The translations under genes and the position numbers were made by a program. Under the pieces are notes generated by a model that did not search any database, was not told the DNA's origin, and saw only the letters and a list, made by a program, of their open reading frames with translations. Below are positions 57,396 to 64,000 of a DNA stretch of 64,000 nucleotides, piece after piece. Origin of the DNA: Octopus vulgaris (lineage: Eukaryota); the NCBI GenBank assembly GCA_951406725.2, contig OX597814.1, positions 209,808,001 to 209,872,000 of the forward strand, read 5' to 3'. The stretch's first letter is position 1. Each line of letters begins with the position of its first letter.

Positions 57396-58648
57396 CACAT
57401 TAAATGAAACATATATATAATATATAGATGAATACATGTTTTGTCTGTGTGTGTGCGCGTGGTGTGTGCGTATGTATGTATATAATATTTATATATACTA
57501 GTATTGGGGAAAATAGTTTAATCAGGTACAAGTAAATTTTCTTATAAAGAGCTACTGAATATTTCCAAATATATATACACGAACAGAGCAAATAGACAAA
57601 ACAATAAATTTCCGAATTAAATTAATATAACCAGAGAGAAATCCAACAATGTTACTGACTGTCAGTGGGAAAACAGAAAATTCTACAGATATAAGGAAAA
57701 GTAAATAAAGACTCAGATAGATAAATTGATTGATAGTTAGGTAGTCAAAATGATAGATAGATGAATAGATAGACAGACAGATAGATCGATTAGATATATA
57801 GAGATTTTGAACGGAGTAGAGATAGTAACGGAATATCATTAGACAAACGATGAAGAATGTAGTGAAATATAATAATGTGAGTATACGAAAGAGATGGAGA
57901 TAGAAAGCTGTGTGTTTTTACTTTAAATATATGTTTTGAAGCGAAAATAGAATCCGAATGGCAATTATAAGGGGAAATGAATATGATGGAGAGAAATATA
58001 AAGTTTGTTGTAGAAATATAGAGGAAAGGATATTGGTTAAAAATGAACAGTAAACAAACAGTAGATGGAAACAATTTCATTCAGAAAAAAAAAGACACCC
58101 GTAAGACTAAACAAAATATATAAATACATCTATAATTATATTCTTTCATTATGGTACCATCGTAATCAAGTAGTTGTACACATGATTCCATGATATGCGT
58201 GTATATGACAAATGCGTACAGATATACATACGCAAAAGCACACATCACATACAGGCATAAATGTATGCGCACCCGCATACATATGTGTGTGTGTATGTGT
58301 AATCAAATATATCTGAATATATACATATGTAAGAGTGTGTGTATTTTTCTGGTGTGTGTACTAGCTTATTTATGGAAAAACAGAGCAATCGACAATGACA
58401 TGCAATAAAAAAATTCAGAAAATATATAGAAATTATCTAAATGTAATCACAATGGTATATGGGAACATATATATGGACGTGTATATTTATGTATGTTGTG
58501 TAACTAGCGATAAGTTTATATGGCAAAATTTATGTATTGCCTCTATTCCAAATTTGTTATACATATGCCTACTAAACATAATGGAGAAATACATACATTC
58601 ATGCATACATATATACATACACACATAAATGTACACACACACTAACAT

Positions 58649-58703
<55 letters not shown>

Positions 58704-58832
58704 TAATTCTAAATAGAAATGCATATATATTAATATATATATATATATTACTATGCGTATATATATAAATGTGTGTATATATGTGTATGAAAAATATATA
58801 TATATATATAAGCATATATGCATGTATGCACA

Positions 58833-58868
<36 letters not shown>

Positions 58869-59154
58869 ATACACACACACACACGTAATGTTTGCAACTG
58901 TCACTAGACCCGCTCACTCAAACGTGTCAGCCTTAATTTTTGGCGCAAAATTGTCCCGATGCTCACACATAGTAGTAGCAGGATACAATTTTCGACCCTA
59001 GTCACGTGATCATCCTCGGCCAATCATATATTATTTTAAAATAGAACAGATACTAATTTGAGCTCCGTTGTTTCTATAAAAACAAGGGGAATTATTGAAC
59101 TCCAGTCAGAAAACATTTGAAAATCAAAGAAATCTGTGTAACCTGTTACGTCTC

Positions 59155-59271
<117 letters not shown>

Positions 59272-59390
59272 AAGTAAGCAACAGGATATCAAGAAGTGAT
59301 GCAGTACGACCGTATCAAGCGGCTCCGCTTAAATGAACAATGCAATCATTAGATCAATTTAAATGCAGGGCTATCCTCAGCTGCATAAAT

Positions 59391-59632
59391 TTTTTTTTTT
59401 TTTTTTTTTATGTTTTTCCAGTTTCAGCTCTTGAGCTGTGGCCATGCTGGGGCACCGCCATTGTGGTGAAAGAGTACAGCAGGGATCACCACCCTGCGGA
59501 GCCTCGTAGAGCTTTTTAGGTGTTTTCGCTCAATAAACACACACAACGCCCGGTCTGAGAATCGAAACCGCGATCCTGCGACCGCGAGTCCGCGAGTCCG
59601 CTGCCCTAACCACTAGGCCATTGCGCCTCTAC
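59391..59632 (-). mobile_element. tRNA-Arg-like SINE (family A head, CR1-group LINE tail, poly-A)
   Basis: Head as in 12914 and 32250 (with an 8-bp duplication of CGCGAGTC) joined to TGGCGGTGCCCCAGCATGGCCACAGCTCAAGAGCTGAAAC and an A-tail of about 20 nt. Confidence 0.88.
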
Positions 59633-59864
59633 TGCGCCTATAAATAAATAACATTTTTTAATTAGTTGGACACATTAATATAATTTTACTTGAATTCTCT
59701 AATAGAGCAAGAAGAGGAAAAAAGTCCATGTTTGTACTAATGTAGCTCAAAATATACTACACTTCTCAAAACTGTATGAAGTTTGTTTGGGCCATAACTT
59801 GTAACGGATTGAGGTTCATTTTTTAATTTATTAGTCTTTTTATCAACTACCAAATCTAAGGCTA

Positions 59865-60626
59865 GAGGACAGTGTCTGTTTAGAATGGATAGACGGCGTG
59901 AGTTTATAGTTGGGTATGGGCAAAATTATTGTTAGGATTTTGGAAATGTTTAAGTAATTGCCTACAAAGGAGGCTGGATAGGGTAAGACCCTAAACCAAG
60001 ATATTAACGACAAGTTAAATAGGCAAGACGCTAAAATTACCTATGATGTTAATACAGAGGAAATTATCATGGAGTACAATGGAGGATTGTATATAAACAA
60101 TATTGTTATATTGTATGAAGATAAAATTTAAGATTACTAAAATTATATTATAACCAGAATAGATAAACTGTGTATATATACCACTTTTCAACATTAGAAA
60201 GGGAAGATTACATAGAATTAGTCTAATATTCATTCCTCTACTCAATTATTTACTCATAAGGTGGTTTCTATGAAGATTGCTCTGGGTATTTACTCATGGA
60301 ATAAATCATGCTAATTTTATATTAATTGTAAGCTAAGAATAAGAAAAAAGATGAAAAAATAAGTTGTGCTCAAATACGTACACATATTAAACTATGTGCA
60401 CACATGCAAACATACATAAACATTTGTACTTTATTATGGCTATGTTATAATCAACTCTTCTAGACCTAAGTAATTAGAAAGTTTATATTTCGCTTTAAGA
60501 ACATTAATAAGAGGTTAATAGGTATAGGTATCAAAACAAATAAACACAATAAGAAATTATAGAGAATACTCAGAAAACATATATATAACTTATTGTATAT
60601 CATACTAGGGGGTAAGTTCACATCAT
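59865..60626 (-). pseudogene. Probable ancient NUMT: ATP8-like followed by ATP6-like
   Basis: In invertebrate mitochondrial code 60626-60504 reads MMWTYPLVWYTMSYMYVFWVFSMISYCVYLFWY (four TGA as W; ATP8-like PLxW..FW..W). Downstream, colinear ATP6-like patches read FEHNLFF, WVN..SNL, I*LVVNILV*GLTLS and SFVGNYL. Compared with recalled molluscan sequences only. Confidence 0.5.
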
Positions 60627-62076
60627 ATACGACATTAAAATTAATTACCTTCATCGGGGTTTAAGTGCAGCACCTATAAACTCCAACTTCGAAAATATTG
60701 AAATGACCGAGTGACTCTTTGTACGCATAATACCATTAGGTCTAATCTATTATTAACCATGTTACTCTTGTCCCTATACGTACAATTTCATAAGTTTTCA
60801 TAAAGCACAGAGCTCAGTATTTTCAATTCAACTGTACCCGTATATGCATGTATATACAAATATATGTATGTAGGGAGAGAGAGATGCAATTATATACATA
60901 GTTGGAACAACGCAAGCGCACAACAGACTGTGTTGTTAGATACAACATCTACTCTATATATAATCGTTATGTGCGCGCATTTTTAAAACTTTCTGCGATG
61001 ATTACGTATCTGGACAAAACAGTTTTAAAGCAATCGAATTTACTGTGAATTGTGCTCATGAGCTGTAAGAAACTTGAGCGTTTTGCTTAGTCGGATTTAT
61101 CTTACATGATGTAAACACATAATAAGCAGGAAATAAGCACAGATTCGCACTCACAAAACAAAATTACATCGCATATATGCTAAAATATTTGGGATGAAAA
61201 TGCATTTTTTATACTCGCCATGAATTGAGGAATTGTTGATTAATATCATAAATATTAGTTTTGAAGACAAAATAAGAAGCCAAAGAGGATGACGTAGTAG
61301 GCCTGTACCATAGATATCTCTAGAGCCGGTTGATTTTCTTAACCAACTCATTACACAGTCTCTCTCTGTATTGCTTTCACTAGTTGTCATATCATTATAT
61401 ATATACAAGCGTCTATGTTTAGCATATAGGGTGTCCATTTAGTGTCCTTTCTCTTAATTTTGTTTGTAACACAACTTTTAATCTTCAGATATTTAAATAT
61501 GCCAAGCCACTAGTTTTAATTGATTAATATCAATTTCTACACTTATATATATATATATATATATTGATAAAACGGTAAGATAACAAAAGAAAGAAAGAGA
61601 CCTCAATATATATATATATATATATATATATAAGATAAAACTTACTTGGAAATGGATGCGTGGCGTTCAATCATATAATAATAGTATATAAATATATATA
61701 TATGCATACATGCACATATATATGTACATACATATATTTGTATATACATGCATATATGAGTACACGAGATATAAATAACATAATATAAACATAAATATGA
61801 GAAAACAACATGAAATACAAAATACCAAAACATGGAATATGAAATTTTTTTCGAACAACGAAAGAGAGAAAAGTGAAGCAAGACAAGTAACACGAAAAAA
61901 CGACCCTTCATCAGTTCGAATACTTCATGTTGTTTTCGTATTTTGTTTGTTTTATGTTGGTTACGTTCCGTGGTGTCCTGTGCATGTATATACAAATTAT
62001 GTATGTACATATATATGTGGATGTATGCATATATATTTATATATTATTTATATATAATATATATATATATATATAT

Positions 62077-62192
62077 GGCCTGCTCGCTTAGCCAGCGGGG
62101 TGGCGTCATTTAAAGGCTAAAACAATGCGAAGCGCATTGTGACCAGCGATATGTAGCAACATCTGATAGCCTGTTCGGTCACGGTGATCACG

Positions 62193-62197
<5 letters not shown>
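62077..62197 (+). mobile_element. 5'-truncated copy (tail only) of the 31946-32250 SINE in (TA)n
   Basis: GGCCTGCTCGCTTAGCCAGCGGGGTGGCGTCATT..GTGACCAGCGAT..TCGGTCACGGTGATCACGGTGAT. Confidence 0.88.
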
Positions 62198-62234
<37 letters not shown>

Positions 62235-62862
62235 TATACACACACATATGTGTGTGTATTTGTGCGTGCAGTGTGCATGCGTGTGTGCGCCTGCGATTTA
62301 GTGGGTATCTATGTGTAATAAAATCAACTATATCATGCACTGATTTTTTGCTTTAGGTTTGAAATATTCAATGTTCATGCGAGAATTCTTCGTAGCAATT
62401 GGTTTATAGTTTGCTTGTAGGTCATGAAAATTAATGATTGCAACTTGTGTCTAGGATATGGAAAGTGTTTGCAACATACAGAGAAATGTATATCCGCGAA
62501 ACGAAAGGAGAGGCGACTAGAACCACTGAAATTCTGAATAACAGATATGTCAAAAAAAATAATCTCTTCGTTTCATAACGGGATGTAAAGTTATAAATCA
62601 CTGGTCACCTATAAAACCAAGACCTTCAATGGCGAGTCCACTTCACATGGAGGACCGCTGGAAGTAGTGAGTAAAAGCAGTAGAAAATACCACTTGGTTT
62701 TATGGCTTAAGTAGTTCCTTGTCATTCTCTGCTCGTTGCAAAGTTCGTAATATTACAGAAAAATGTAAATGAATACAGAAAATTCGTCAAAGCAATATGA
62801 TAAAATTCCCGGTAAAGATTTGATCCAATACTTTGAAATCTATATAGGTATATATAGATGTA

Positions 62863-63121
62863 TGGAGGCGCGTGGCTTAGTGGTTAAGGTGTCAGCATCA
62901 TGATCGGAAGATTGTGGTTTCGATTCCTGGACCGGGCGACGCGTTGTGTTCTTGAGCAAAACACTTCATTTCACGTTGCTCCAGTCCACTCATCTGGCAA
63001 AAATGAGTAACGCTGCGATGGACTGGTGTCCTGTCCAGCTGGGGAAGGCATACGTCACTGAAATCGGGAAACCGGGCCCATGAGCCTGGCTAGGTTTTAA
63101 AAGGGCGCAGTTATTTTATTT
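62863..63121 (+). mobile_element. tRNA-derived SINE with a V-domain-like core and 14-bp TSD
   Basis: A box TGGCTTAGTGG, B box GTTTCGATTCC; CTGCGATGGACTGGTGTCCTGTCCAG resembles the V-SINE domain; TSD TATATATAGATGTA at 62849-62862 and 63122-63135. Confidence 0.88.
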
Positions 63122-64000
63122 TATATATAGATGTAACGTGGGTGTAAAAAATAATAAATGAAAAAACTTTGGCTTCAATGCTAAATTGAGAAAAGTTGAC
63201 GGAGCTACTACTGGAAACATCAGATGATGAATGCCATCTATAAGTAAAGTTACTAGAGACAGTTTGCGAACAAATCGCAGAAGGAGAGGAGAAACAAGCC
63301 GGATAATATTCTTGATGCGAAAAGATAAAGAAAATCTAAAGCAGATAAAATAGCATTGAAAATCCAAAGCAAGGACGTCTGAAACACAAAGGAAGACCTA
63401 CTATTTGACGTAAGTCAGCAGCCATTTATTATTGTTAAAAATACATTAATAGAAATATATGCAATGGTTTTAATGATATAGATATCATTTGTAGTATGGT
63501 AGAATGCCAGTCGTATCTACAGTTGATTAGGTTCCCTCGACGTTCTCCATCCCAAGGGGTTTTCAGCTAATTGTTTATACGTTCTATATTTATGGCGTCC
63601 TGTGCCTCAAGATCTAGTGTTCTAGGAAGGAATTTATCATCGAAACTTTCATTAATGATGTCAGGCCAACTTAAAGATTATCATTAAGGTGATTACTTCA
63701 TAATGATGCTTTAATTGTTTTACTACAGCGTTTAAGTACAAAAATCTACTCTATAATTTATATGTTCGTTAAAATGAATCGAAAGCCATTTTCTATAGAA
63801 GAGAATAAAACATGTGAGTGGATGTTTACCAAAAGGATAGTTACGATTGAGAAAACATGTTCACTTCAAGGATACATATCTTTAAAGTGGTAGCTAAACG
63901 AATGAAAGTAGTGGCAGAAAAGGAAAAAGAAATGGAAAATATGAGAACAGAGAAAAAGAAGAGACAAGAGATTATTTGCAGTTTGGACACAACTCTCCAA

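Noticed and set aside
59640-59865. Extension of the NUMT into a mitochondrial tRNA, COX3 or ND5
   Set aside because: Only vague resemblance; no foldable cloverleaf or convincing peptide match.
62610-62672. TATAAAA + ATG (MASPLHMEDRWK) + GTGAGT as a first exon
   Set aside because: The TATA lies less than 20 nt from the ATG, no downstream exon was found and the peptide is unrecognised; likely chance.

Overview
AT-rich, microsatellite-dense animal genomic DNA. It is most likely intergenic or intronic sequence from a coleoid cephalopod; octopus is an inference from the SINE families and an invertebrate-code NUMT. There is no prokaryotic content, no CRISPR array, no rRNA and no confidently identifiable host gene. 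Nearly all ORFs in the track are microsatellite artefacts. The interpretable content is transposon-derived: (i) a full-length but dead R4/Dong-type RLE LINE in (TAA)n (18829-22883) plus remnants of several other R4-like families; (ii) an internally deleted Helitron with both termini (26175-29905) and a short non-autonomous Helitron (46458-46841); (iii) three CR1-group LINE 3' ends, a 5'-inverted RTE insertion, a decayed mariner and a long-TIR MITE-like element; (iv) more than 20 tRNA-derived SINE copies, with one head joined to three different tails, two of which match LINE 3' ends in the same window; (v) several Penelope-type terminal fragments carrying hammerhead-ribozyme motifs. One hammerhead looks intact (1786-1861), and two elements are head-to-head palindromes, one of them built from a tRNA-like Pol III head plus a hammerhead tail (37123-37675). 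Also seen are a probable old ATP8-ATP6 NUMT (about 59865-60626) and a speculative set of phase-compatible minus-strand exons (23548-25508). All homology calls were made by eye from recalled family motifs; no database search was run.
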